This document shows positions 38,826 to 52,380 of a stretch of 64,000 nt of DNA, piece after piece. The stretch spans positions 30,318,001-30,382,000 of the forward strand of contig OX597819.1 in assembly GCA_951406725.2 (NCBI GenBank). The letters run 5' to 3'. The notes below the pieces were generated by a model. That model ran no database searches and was not told the DNA's origin. It saw only the letters and a list, made by a program, of their open reading frames with translations. Each line of letters starts with the position of its first letter. Position 1 is the stretch's first letter. The DNA is from Octopus vulgaris. Lineage: Eukaryota. Position numbers and translations under genes: made by a program.

Positions 38826-39313
38826 ATGGAAAGCAGATGTAAAACAATAATGAACAATGAAGATGATGACTATGTTTAAATCAGTTTGGTCGTCAATCAT
38901 CATTACTAATTAATTGAATTTGAACTAGGAACCTTTATTTCTAAATTAAAGATAAAACTAGAAACCTTTATTTCTAAATTAAAGATAACATTTTTATCAA
39001 CTATGATACTGATGCATATGTTAGTGGTATAGTTTAGAAATAAAGGATCAAAGTTCAAATCTAGTTTGGTACCATGTATGTATCAGTGGCATGCTATTAA
39101 GTTAGGCAGTACTTACTGAGACTAAACTTATAAAGATTAATTATCAAATATAAAGTAAATGATGTCAATTCATTATAAAAATATAAAAATATTGTCATGA
39201 TATTCAATGTAATTAATTTAATAAATGCTTAGTATTTTGATGTTAGACAGGAACTATTTCTCATACCTCTAAATCTCATGCTTGGATACACACACATACA
39301 TGAGTGATGCTAT

Positions 39314-40030
39314 TGTAGTCTACCTGTCGTGTAGCTTGGATTATATCAGGGCCAAACATAAATGGCCTGGAAAGGACGAAGCGGGCAGCCACAATGCATG
39401 CACAAAACACAACCAGACTCTTCCACATTTCCCTTGAGCATTCACTGCTCACACCTAGGACTGCTAGCTCTCTTTCTTTGTTTCAGCACCCTACACATGG
39501 TGTCATGATGCCACTCTCACAATAGGTACCATCCGACAATATATTCACTCGCTCTGTTTTTGTTTAAATTGTACAAGCCAGAATGCCATAATATCACGCA
39601 ACGAATCTCCAACAAAAATTTTAATTATTATATTCATCAAGTGTTTATTATTCATTTACATGCAGCCTACACCTAATCAGCACATGGCCAAACTAACGAT
39701 GAAAACATTCATATACTCACTAAAGTGGTGAACGTGACATTGGAGAAAAGCAAGACATTTCTCATGTGACAGTACAGAATATCATAACATTTCTCTCACC
39801 AGACTCACACACTCAGCAAGTAACAATGGCTTCACCTTCCATAACTGCTGTTTCTCAACTACCTGTGCCTATTTTCACCGGAGGCATTTCCATTTGGTTT
39901 GCCCAAATGGAATCCTACTTTGCAGCTAATTACATGTCATCCAAAACGCAGTGTTTGCATCTTCTGATAAGTTTTTTGCCACCTGTTCTCAGTTCAAATC
40001 TTTCCAAGATAATCTCTGCCTGTCATTCTT
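39314..40030 (+). mobile_element. Ty3/gypsy LTR retrotransposon relic: 5' LTR ~39314-39724, PBS, gag N-terminus
   Basis: TGTAGT...ACTA(a)A termini, tggtga PBS-like sequence, LPVPIFTGGISIWFAQMESYFAAN..HLLISFLP resembling gypsy gag PF..WFxQxExxF. Confidence 0.6.
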
Positions 40031-40302
40031 TCAGAGGGTCGATTCTCTCTCCCTTGGAATTTACTACAACCAACAAGATGATGTCTTTTAACAAAGCCAC
40101 AAGGAAGGCAAGCAACAACCAATTTTGTAATCTCATACAAAAATCCCATGACACAATACACAGAGTTTGTCAAGGAAGTAATAGGAGCAGGGATCATTTG
40201 TTAACTTAATAATCCTTTCTACTAAAGGCACAAGGTCTGAAATTTGGGAGCAGACTAGTCAATTACATCAACCCCAGTGTTTCACTGGTACTTAATTTAT
40301 CA

Positions 40303-41496
40303 ATAGAAGTAGTTGATTTCTTCCGTTATCTTGGTGACCAAGTCAGTAGTGGGGGTGGGTGTGCTGAAAGTGTAACAGCTAGAGTAAGAATAGCCTGGGC
40401 AAAGTTTAGGGAGCTCTTACTTCTGCTGGTGACTAAAGGCCTCTCACTCAGAGTAAAAGGCAGACTGTATGATGCATGTGTACGAACAGCCATGCTACAT
40501 GGCAGTGAAACATGGGCCGTGACTGCTGAGGACATGCGTAAGATCGCGAGAAATGAAGCCAGTATGCTCCGATGGATGTGTAATGTCAGTGTGCATGCTC
40601 AACAGAGCGTTAGTACCCTGAGAGAAAAGTTGGACCTAAGGAGCATCAGTTGTGGTGTGCAAGAGAGACGATTGCGCTGGTATGGTCATGTGGCGAGAAT
40701 GGATGAAGATAGGTGTGTGAAAAAGTGCCAATCCCTAGCAGTGGAGGTAACCCGTGGAAGAGGTAGACCCAGGAAAAGTTGGGACGAGGTGGTGAAGCAC
40801 GACCTTCAAACTTTAGGTCTCACAGAGGAAATGACCAGCGACTGAGACCTTTGGAAATATGCTGTGCGTGAAAAGACCAGGCAGGACAAGTGAGTCCAGC
40901 CCACTTATGCATGCCTTTCCTCCCTAGGACACACAAATACCAGTTGAGGCAAGCAAAGTCGATATCTAACCTCATCCAACGACAGGCACCTATGCTAACC
41001 CCACTTTGCTTGCGAAGACCTGTTGGGGCAAGTGAAATCGAAATCGGAATCGAAATTGAACCAATCCTATGACTGGCACCCGGCAGATGCCAGGACCCCT
41101 GGACTGGAGATACGTAAAAAGCACTATCCGAATCGTGGCCGATGCCAGCGCCGCCTCGACTGGCTTCCATGTCGGTGGCACGTAAAAAGCACCATCCCAA
41201 TCGTGGCCAAAGCCAGTGCCGCCTCGACTGGCTTCCGTGCAGGTGGCACGTAAAATGCACCAATCCGATCGTGGCTGATGCCAGCCTAGCCTGGCACCAG
41301 TGCAGGTGGCACATAAAAAGCACCCACTACACTCACGGAGTGGTTGGCGTTAGGAAGGGCATCCAGCTGTAGAAACATTGCCAGATAAGACCGGAGCCTG
41401 GTGCAGCCTTCTGGCTTCCCAGATCCCCGGTTGAACCGTCCAACCCATGCTAGCATGGAGAACGGACATTAAACGATGATGATGATGATGATGATG
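40303..41496 (+). mobile_element. 5'-truncated RTE-clade LINE (ORF C-terminus, 3'UTR with VNTR, (GAT)n tail) inserted into a family C SINE
   Basis: FRYLGDQVSSGGG..ARVRIAWAKFREL..LYDACVRTAMLHGSETW..RRLRWYGHVARM..RGRGRPRKSW. Confidence 0.95.
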
Positions 41497-43586
41497 AAAA
41501 GGACAAGGGACAAAATCAACATCAGCAGAATTTGAACTAAGAATGTAGTGATAGGAAAAATACCACTAAACATTTTGCCCAGCATGCTAATGATTCTGCC
41601 AGCTTGCCACCTTAGTTTGTCAACCTAATACTGCAAAGACAAAAGTACTCCCCCACCCCTCAGTAAAAAATCTAAAAGAAGATGATGCTTAAATACTTAT
41701 CAATCTTCGTAACGGCATCTCCATATAGCTGGTTATCTTGTACAAAACAACTGTGAATGACTTGAAAACTTCATCCAATGCACCTAACATATTACAGGAT
41801 GTTAAGGCAATACTCAGAATTGACCATAAGGTGATACATAAAGTGAAAGGAAGGTTCTAACATTGAGAATACAGATGCATATGATGGCTGTTAATATTCT
41901 TAAAGAATCTAAGGAATTTGGAAATGAGTTGTTGTTAATGAAGAGCTGTTAGCCAAATAAAAGTATTGTCTTCAATATGAATATTCTATCTGTCACTGTT
42001 GTGTGATTAAGAAGTAACTTTGCAGCCATATGATCCTAGATTTGATCTCACTAAATGGAAATTGGAAGATTGAAACTGCAGATGTCCAATGTGTGTGTAT
42101 ACACATGCATCTGAACATATGTATGTCTATCTTTTACCAATGTATATCATGGAGGATAACGAAAAACTGATGCTTTGTGAGCCAAGACATTGGAGGTATT
42201 TATTCTGTATCCAGTTACAGAGAGTCCCTTGTCATTCTCAGAAATCCAGTAAACCAAGAATCTGTCTATGGGAGTTCACCATGAACAGCTTAACTTAATT
42301 AACTATCAAGGATAATGTTCTGTGTCATAAGACACAAAATATTCTGAATTGGAAGGCAGATGTTTGAACTCATTGAACACTTACGCTCAGTAACATTAAC
42401 AGTCAATCTGTGATGGTTATGGTCAGTCCTTTTCTCAGGTTTAAACCAATAAGAGAAGCATTAAAAAAGAAATATAAAATGCGAACTGAGAAGAAAAAAA
42501 GAAGTCTTATTCCATGTGCAATCATCAGAGGTTAGTTAACCAATGAAGAACGTGAAAACAGAAAAGGTTTTTGAGAGCTCCAAGCATCAAGCAATTACTG
42601 ACTTACATAGTTAATTAAGTAGTGCAAGGTGTTATCAACTGATACAAAAACAGAAGATGAGTAATTACATGGGTCTTGCATTTATGGCTCAAGTCTCAAA
42701 AATAGTTGAGTTTTATCAAAGTTAGTATGAAATTGCTAATGATGTTGATCAAAGATAATCCAACTGTGACAATTTCATCTCTTTCTCAAACAATATATTT
42801 AGGACTACATAATCCAATGTGTCCATTCTCTTTTAAAGATGGGTAAGTTCAATACAAAGAAGATTTGGTTATTTCTAATAGATTATAGAGCCATGAAACA
42901 GCTCCTTCATTTGCTCAAGTTAGTATAGGATAGTGTTAGCTAGGATAAGATTCAGTTTGTGGTTTGTACTAGGACAAGGAAACACAGATATCATATTTCT
43001 ACTAAGACTAGAATGTGAAAATAAAACTTCACATTCATTGACCTAAATAAAACTTCACATTCATTGCTAAATTCCACACCGTTGGAAAAATTAAGATACA
43101 TGGATAACTTCTGAGAGCATTTTAAGCTGCATAAATGGTTGTTGTAAGCAAGATAGATTCAATTGGGTATTTATAGCTCTCCTGCTATTCAGTATTGGTT
43201 TTAAGAAATGATGCAAAAGTTAAAACATCACTGAAAACATTAGACTAGATAACACCACACTCCCTTATACTAAGCGTTTACTCACAAACAACTAGTACAA
43301 AGAGAAACACATTATATAATGTTGTGCATTGACAGAAACTGTGTTAGAATAAATATTTTAATATCATTCCTAAACATTTTAACATCTACATAGATAAAAT
43401 ATATACAAGTGTTGATGCAATTAACTACTCCCCACTGGAACCTCCACCTCTCCTCAACACTATACAAACTAAAAGATAGAGTACCAATCCTATGGATTCT
43501 TGTAATTTACAAAACAATATATAATTATAATATGAAGAAATCTGATAAAATAAAGCAGTGAATTGGAGAATCTTATTTTCATTTAA

Positions 43587-43806
43587 CCCTTTAGCATTTA
43601 AACCGGCCATATCCGGCCAAAAATATTCTTCCTGTTTTATGTTCAAACGAGCCCTATCTGGTCTCTCACACCAACCCTACAATATTGTTTTAAAAATGAA
43701 CAGCTACCTCATCAAAATCTCATAGCTACAAGATAATGCATGATTAGTTCAAAACAATGAGGAGGAAAAGGATTAACTTTTGCAGAATAATGTGAACACT
43801 AAAGGG
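43587..43806. mobile_element. piggyBac-type MITE, complete
   Basis: TTAA|ccctttag ... ctaaaggg|TTAA. Confidence 0.9.
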
Positions 43807-45058
43807 TTAATAGAGCAAATCTTGGCCAATTTCTTGCTATGTTCTCCTCTATTTTATTTATTCTTGCTCTAAAAACCACTCATAATGGTGACTCATATAA
43901 AGCACCCAGTACACTCTGCAAAGTGGTTGGTGTTAAACAGAGCATTCAGCTGTAGAAACCAAGCTAAAACAGACTATGGAACCCAGTGAAGCCCTTGGCC
44001 TTATCAGCTCTTGTCATACCATCCAACTAATGCCAGCATAGAAAATAGACATTAAATGATAATGATATCATGTCTCACAGTAGCTGGAACGTTAAGGCCC
44101 TATGCAACTGATAAGTTCCAAATGTTCTAACTTTACTACAGCTCCTTTGATATACACTTGTGCAAGGCACCTAACTCTTGTTTCAGTTGCTTGGCTGACA
44201 ACAGGTTCCATTCTAAATTCATTGTCGAGTTGTCAGCTGCAGATGGGTCATATGACAGTGAAATCAATTGTTAAAACTAAAATGTCCTGCCCATTTAAAC
44301 CTTCAGCTATAACAACAAACAAAAAAGAATTAAAACAGAGATACATAGATTAATAGTTGTATATATATGGATCTAAATCCACCATCAGGTTTAAGACAAC
44401 CACCTGGCCTTTAACTGTCTTTAGTAGAGTCCACTCTATTGCAAGCATTTTGGCCAGGTCCAGTCTGGGGATAATTTACTCCCTTTGCACAGTGAATCAC
44501 AAAATTGCTGAGAAGGGATAGTGCCCTACACCTCTGATTTAGAAAAGATAGCCAAAAACAGTCTGCTTTATTTCTTATCTGTCCTAGCAACATATATTTG
44601 TCTATATTAAAAGCACATCATGATGGTGAATTTTATAGACAAATTCAAGTAAGCACTGTAAGACTAAAGCCACCTGGTTGTAGACTTTTTACTCCCAGAA
44701 CTCATGGTTTTTCACTGTCTCTGGGCAGTTAACTTCATTCTCACTTCCTCATCTCATCCAGATAAATATCAGATATTCTAGAAATCGCATCTCAACCAAT
44801 ATACCAGAAAGGTATATTTATTGCCTTTATAGTTTATGCAGTTACTTCATTTTTTTCTCTGCTTTACATTTATTTATCTACTTTATAAAATGTACATAGA
44901 TGGGGGAATGGTTTATTTGTTGGATGGATGGATGCCCTTTCTACCACTAACCACTCATTTTGTTGTTGGCTTAAAGGGCACATCACAATGACAGCATTAA
45001 GATCTAAAAGAAACCAATAGAATATATACCAGGCTTTAAAAAAATTGTTTGACTAAAC

Positions 45059-45359
45059 CAGGAGTTCTCAACCATATTCTATTTATGGGCCCCTTTGATT
45101 ACTATTTTACTCTAGTTGACTCCCATAGCCATTCAATGCTTAAAAACTAGTTTTATAGAAACTTCTTTCATTAACTTATGTAGGTTAACTATGTAGGTTA
45201 ACTATAGGCATAGGAGTGGCTGTGTGATAAGTAGCTTGCTTACCAACCACATGGTTCCAGGTTCAGTTCCACTGCATGGCACCTTCGGCAAGTGTCTTTG
45301 GGCCGACTAAAGCCTTGTGAGTGGATTTGGTAGACGGAAACTGAAAGAAGCCCATCATA

Positions 45360-45433
<74 letters not shown>

Positions 45434-45434
45434 C

Positions 45435-45476
<42 letters not shown>

Positions 45477-45872
45477 TCGTGTGTCTGTGTTTGTCCCCCC
45501 CAACATCGCTTGACAACCGATGCTGGTGTGTTTACAACCCTGTAACTAGGCAGTTCAGCAAAAGATAACGATAGAATAAGTACTAGGCTTACAAAGAATA
45601 AGTCCTGGGGTCGATTTGCTCGACTAAAGGTGGTGCTCCAGCATGGCCACAGTCAAATGACTGAAACAAGTAAAAGAGTAAAGAGAATGCAAAATGTTAG
45701 AGAAAGAAACATAGCTGTTCTTGCAATACATACATCTGAAGCAAAATTTTTTCAAGGGCCCTTAAAATACTATTGTGGATCCCCAATTTACTGTTTATTG
45801 TGTGGACCCCACCCAAAAAAAAATCTTATGTAGACTCTCAGGGGCCATACGGACCCCAGTTGAGAACCCCTA
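45059..45872. mobile_element. hAT MITE with nested SINE
   Basis: TIRs caggagttctcaac / gttgagaaccccta; perfect 8-bp TSD gactaaac at 45051-45058 and 45873-45880. Confidence 0.88.
45206..45686 (+). mobile_element. SINE family A with expanded (TA)n(TG)n
   Basis: Matches 1381-1780. Confidence 0.9.
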
Positions 45873-46789
45873 GACTAAACCCTCCAAGGCAATGCCCCAG
45901 CATAGCCACAGCCCAATGACAAACAAGTAACAGGCAATACATGATTTGTACACAATGACCGCAAGCTCATAGGTCTGTTAATGCACTAGACAAAATGCTT
46001 AGAAGCATTTCTTCCAGTTCTATGTTCCGAGTCCAAATGCCTAGAAATTGATACAATAAACCAGTTGAGCAATGGGGTCAGTGTAATTAACTAACTCCAT
46101 CTCCTCAAAATTGATGACCTTGTGCCAAAAAAATACAATCTATATAGTAATGTTGCACAAGAGAAAAAAATTGGTTTTATTCAATATCTTTAAACAATGA
46201 ACGAAAAAATGAGAAGCCATCAAATCATTAATTTATTAAAGTTTTCCAGAGACTTTTTTCCTTGACTTCTTCCCTTAATTTTCTTTTTTCTTTTTCATTA
46301 ATCCCAAAATCCATTATGAAACAACCAATTAATTAGATACAATAAAATAATCAACAGTTTACTGTCAAGATCATCACCATTGTCTGTCACAGAGAGAAAA
46401 GGATAAGTAAGTATCTTTCATCTTTTGCTTGCTTCAGTCATTAGACTGCAGCCATGCTGGGGCACCACCTTGAAAAATTCTTATTCGAATGGATCAACCC
46501 AAGTACTTATTTTTATGTTTTAGTTTAAGCTTGGTACTTATTCTATTGGTTTCTTATGCAAACACAACACCAGTTGTCAAGCAATGGTGAGGGACATCCT
46601 CAGACTCAAACACACACAGAGGCATGCATGTATATACAACAGGATTCTTTCAGTTTTCATGAACCAAATTCACTAACAAAGCTTTAGTTGGCCTGAATCA
46701 CTACAGTAGAAGCCACTTGCCCAAGGTGCCATACAGTGGGAGTGAACTTGGAACCATGCGGTTGGGAAACAAACTTCTTACCACACAGC

Positions 46790-47200
46790 CACCTACATAC
46801 TTGACAATTTTTCACAATAATGAAAAAAATATCATCATTACCAAAATTGTTTGAATTTTTTCTTCTCTCAATCTGTCACCATTATTTACAACAAGAGATT
46901 TCTTTATTATTTCACTAAACATTTTAACAAAAATATTGCAAAAATATAGGTTAAATGAATCCAAGTCAAAATTTATTGAGATAACTAACCTAAAGGTATT
47001 GTTAACACACCATCAAATGACACAAATTCACAACAAATGGAATGCAGTAACAACAACAAAGAATGGAAAATCAGTATTTGTTATAACATTCGCCTCTTAC
47101 AACACAAGTATGTAACAATTCTTCAACTAGGAGACATGGTAATAAATATGCATAATTCAAAACAGAGACACATAAAAGAAATTCACAAATACACCACATG
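46790..47200 (+). repeat. Partner of 27180-27600, preceded by a minus-strand SINE A (46415-46795)
   Basis: Collinear similarity. Confidence 0.88.
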
Positions 47201-47953
47201 CACACAGGCGCACACATAAATATACAACAGTATTCTTTGATGTTCTGTCAATCAAATCCACTCACGAGGCTTTGGTTGGCTCGGAGCTAAAGTTGAAGAC
47301 ACTTGCCCGAGCTGCCACGCAGTGGGACTGAACCTGGAACAATTTGGTTAGGAAGCAAAATTCTTACCACACAGCAACGTCTATGCCTATATTCTAACAG
47401 TAATATACCTGAAAACTATGCTAGCAAGTAGAAGCTAATTTACCATGTATTAATGGTAGGAGAGACAAGTTTTCTGAGAAAAATTCAGAATAGCACCACA
47501 GACCAGGAACACAAAAACTAGATTACATTCTTTGTCCATTCTGATATGCATAGACATACATAGTTTTAATTCTCGTAGTTAAATAATTTGTGATTATGAA
47601 GATCATAAGAAAGAGGAGGACTCTGTTTTGAGGGAACATTTTGTAACTGTTTCAGTGCCTTAAATTTAAGTTTAGCTATTTTGAAACAATTTCACTGAAC
47701 TTTAAAAGTCCTCATTTATTCAATTTACTTGAATACAGTGCATTAATAATACCTATGGCTAAATATGTGACTAAGCTTTAATAACAGTTTTGGAACCTAT
47801 TTGATTTCATTCCACTTTCAGGTGACACCGAGTAAAGCATAATGAGCGGCACATAATCTGTAGCCTTGGACTTGATCAAAAACCAGTCCACTGGACACAA
47901 AGGAGCAGGGCTTTTGAAAGAAATTTTATCACAGATAAAAGTTCTAGAAGCAC

Positions 47954-48780
47954 TGTGTGTCCCATCCACACATAGGAAAACATCTCACACACCCTACCCC
48001 AACAAACCAAACTACATCTCTACATTTCTTCTCTTCCTCACATTTCTACTTCATGCAATATGCTTACCTCCCACTCTCCAATCCTGTCCACTTGGTCCCC
48101 CCCCATCTCACTATATCATTGCTATCTGCTAGCCCCCAACCTGTGTGTTCCAACCACACATAGGAAAACTTCTCACACACCCTACCCCAACAAACCAAAC
48201 TACATCTCTACATTTCTTCTCTTCCTCACATTTCCACTTCATGCAATATGCTTACCTCCCACTCTCCAATCCTGTCCACTTGGTCCCCCCCATCTCACTA
48301 TATCATTGCTATCTGCTAGCCCCCAACCTGTGTGTTCCAACCACACAGAGGAAAACTTCTCACACACCCTACCCCAACAAACCAAACTACATCTCTACAT
48401 TTCTTCTCTTCCTCACATTTCCACTTCATGCAATATGCTTACCTCCCACTCTCCAATCCTGTCCACTTGGTCCCCCCCCCATCTCACTATATCATTGCTA
48501 TCTGCTAGCCCCCAACCTGTGTGTTCCAACCACACAGAGGAAAACTTCTCACACACCCTACCCCAACAAACCAAACTACATCTCTACATTTCTTCTCTTC
48601 CTCACATTTCCACCTCATGCACTATGCTTATTTCCCACTCCCCAATCCTGTCCACTTGGCCCTGTCTCATTATATTATTGCTATCCACTAGCTCCCTACC
48701 CCAACAAACCAATCTACATCTCTTCTCTTCCTCACATTTTCTCTTTCATGCACTATGCCCACCTCTCACTCTTCAAGTCT
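47954..48780. repeat. ~188-bp tandem repeat, ~4 copies plus a degenerate partial, pyrimidine-rich
   Basis: gctatctgctagccccc recurs at 48121, 48308 and 48497. Confidence 0.95.
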
Positions 48781-50346
48781 GCCAAGCTCACCAATATCTT
48801 TTTTTTTTTTTTTTTGCTGATTTTGGCACAAGGCCAACACTTTTAGGAGGAGTGAGTAAGTTTGATTACATCAACCCCAGTGCTCAATAGGTACTTATTT
48901 TATCAACCCTGAAAGCGTGAAAAGCAATGTCGGCCTCTGCAGCATTTGAACTCAGAACATAAACAGCAAGAAGAAATGTTGCTAAACAGTTCATCTGATG
49001 TGCTAATGATTCTGCCAAGTCATTGCCTTAATAATAAGAATAATAATATTCCTTCCAGCTATGAGGACAAAGCCTGGAATTTTTTGTGGGGAGGGGAAAT
49101 TGGTTGCATTGAACACAGCATTTGACTGGAACTTCATTTTATCAACCCAAAAGGATGAAAGGCTAAGTTGACTTTGGCAGCAATTGAATGCAGGATAAAA
49201 AGTCAGAAGAAATGCTACTAAGCATTTTGTCCAGCACAGTAAAGTCTGCTCACTTGCCACCCATATAACAATTCTTTCTGCTACAGATACAAGGTCTGAA
49301 ATTTCAGGAAAGTGGGTAAGTCGATCACTTCAACCCTGGTGCTAAATTGATACTTCTTCTATTGAACCCAAAATGGTGAAAGTTAAAGTCAACCTCAGTA
49401 GAATTAGTAAAATAACTTAGTTATCATTCAGCTAGTGTTGGGAACATAAATTGTGACTAAGGTTTGGTGGAAGATTTTTATTCAAAACTTATGAAAACAA
49501 GACATTTGTACTCAGAGCCAGAGCCGGTTTCAGTAGAATTTGAACTCAGAACATAAAGACAGATAAAATGTTGCTTAGGATTCTGTCAGATGCGCTTATG
49601 ATTTTGCAAGGTCACTGCTTTCATAATAATAATGATAGTTTCTGCCAAAAGCACAAGCCTCGAATCTGAGTGAGAGCGTTACTTGAATCAATATTTTATT
49701 TTATTGACCCTGAAACAATGAATGGCAAAATTTGAACTCAGAATGTAAAGAGACAGAACAAAAACTACAAAGCACTTTTTCCAATGTTCTAACAACTCTG
49801 TCAAACAACCACACTAATAACAAAATTTTACATAGGCAAGGTTAGAAATATGGAATAGAGGGAACATTCAATTATATCAACCCCTGTATTTGACAGGATC
49901 CAACAGGTCAGAGGATTTAGGTCTTGCTCCAATGTTTCAGTTTTGGCATGTACACACACACACACACACAATAAACTAGTTGGGCATGTAAGAGAGACAA
50001 CTGCCCTCCTAAATTTAGGCAAAGTAAGAAAAAAAAAATCAAATTTAACAAAACAAAAAAGGCTAACAAATTATCAGTGATAAATTAATTGCCAGCTACT
50101 AATCAAAATTCTTAATAAATAACGTTAAATTTGTCTCATCATAGTCAACACAGTGTACGTGCAGAATGCAGCAAGCAAATTCACTGATTGAAAAAGAACA
50201 CACTAGGATTTCTTATACCAGTCAGACTGCCTTTCCTAACAGTGACTGTGTACCTTTTGCTTTTAAACACACAGTCAAACCTTTCAAATAAAGAAAGAAC
50301 TGATAATGATAAAAACTCAGTTACAGTCAGTTCCAAATGCAATTAA

Positions 50347-50658
50347 CCCCTTACCCAACAATTATTTTGAAAATAAATGTATTTTTTCAGACATATTTTT
50401 TATTAGTTTCAGTCAATACATGCTCTATAACTCTTTCATCTATATACAAAGAAAAAAAATCAAAAGGACTCATTGTCACTGCCAGACGTATAAAGTGAGC
50501 GAATATACTCGTATATGTCAAAAAAGAGTTTATAATAGACGAAGAAACTCGTTTGCTGTCGATTTTGGCGAGTCTATCTTTTGATGAGTTAACTTGCAAG
50601 AGATGGAAAAAAACGATTTCGGTCAAAACGCATATATTCGTTTCTGCCGGGTAAGGGG
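50347..50658. mobile_element. piggyBac-type MITE, second family
   Basis: TTAA|ccccttaccc ... gggtaagggg|TTAA; CpGs retained. Confidence 0.85.
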
Positions 50659-50825
50659 TTAAGGAAGGAGGAAGGTGGGTAGAAGTAGGGTTAACAGCTC
50701 TGTACTAGCGATTTTCTATATTACAACTGAAATACCAACAAGAGAATGTAATAAACTGTTCCTGGTAATGAGAAGTAGTCCTCTGAAACAGCATATGAAA
50801 TAATTCAGTGGAAGCTGAAACGAAA

Positions 50826-51011
50826 TACTGACAGGTAGCTACACCTGGGGACAACTGCAATCCATTTCCAAAGATTACAACAGATGGTACTGACAGGCAG
50901 CTACACCTGGGGACAACTGCAATCCATTTCCAAAGATTACAACAGATGGTACTGACAGGCAGCTACACCTGGGGACAACTGCAATCCTTTCCCAAACATT
51001 ACAACAGATGG
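50826..51011. repeat. 62-bp tandem repeat x3
   Basis: tactgacagg recurs at 50826, 50888 and 50950. Confidence 0.95.
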
Positions 51012-52380
51012 AGAACTCTTGTTGGCACCCTATTCTCCATATGAAGTCAAAGGAATTGAAGAAGATACTGATAAAAGTGATATCTCTGAGTTATCACCAA
51101 GAACAATTTTGTTACCAGTGACAATCAGTGTAACATAAAAATTTCATATCTCTACAGAACCTGGGTCTTCTGAATCGGAAAAGATTTTGAATAACAAAAA
51201 TAAGAAATTAAATGAATGCAACCTTAATTTCTCCGCTAGCTTCATTAGACAATTATCACTGAACTGGACCAAATCAACTAATTTTAATACAGGATAAAAA
51301 GATATTTGATATGGAGTTTAGTTCGAGAGAATTCAAAAGTTAATGACTTAAACATTATGCTTGGCTTACCTAAATAAATATCCAGCTTTATGCTGCTGTC
51401 ATAAAGTATTTACACTTTGTAAAGAAAGTAAAAAATGTCATTGATGAAACTAAGTAAGTACAGAGTACTATGATGAAACTAAGTAAGTACAGAGAACAAA
51501 AAAAGATAAAATATACGTTAGAGAAACTGATTATTGTATGAAAACAGCAAGTAGAGTGAAACCAAGAGTACTTTAAAATTATCACCAAAATTCTACTGAT
51601 CACGTCAACATCCACTTTTCAATGCTTGCATGGGTCCAACACAGTTTGTTAAGGCAGATTTTCTACAGCTAAATGCCTTCATGTTACTAACCTTTACCTA
51701 TTAGCAAGCAAAATAATATCTCCCTATGAGCAGACATACCTTTCACAGAACTCACAAGGCTTTGATCAGCCTGGGGCTATAGAAGATACTTTACCCAAGG
51801 TGCAGTGCAGTGAGATTGAACACAAGACCATATGGTTGGGAAGCAAGGTTCTTAACTACACAGCTATGCCTGCACCTATGCTCACTGTTCAACAAAACAT
51901 ATTTCAGTGAAGTCATACAGTAACTTAGACAAAGCTTCTATTATTAACTTTTTGGAACTTCTAATAAATCTTTGGTCTTAAGATATGCAACACCTTCTAC
52001 AGAATGAAGTACTCACAATAAGCTAATCAAAAATGTACCTGGGAAGTTGGAGATGAAGGTTGACAAAATTGATGGAGCAGCAAATGTGAGGAATGTTCAG
52101 AGTGGTTTGGCAACAAGAATAAAGGAGTCTTCCCTACTTCCTATCTATGCCCATTGTTACGGGATGCTCCAAAATCTTGGTTGCCAAGATACAAAAGCAA
52201 GATGTTGAACACATACACCCCACTCCTGCAATCCTTTAGGAACTACTTAGAGCTTCTACAACTTTCTAGAGTACAGTACCAAACAACATGCACTCTGAAA
52301 GAATCATGGTCAGTGAAAGTGGAAGTTCAAGTAACAAGATGGTCTTGTAAATATGGTAAAGTAAAAGCGTTTATCTCATA

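Noticed and set aside
47866-48890. ORFs of 233-276 aa
   Set aside because: Read-through of the 188-bp tandem repeat; no protein motif.
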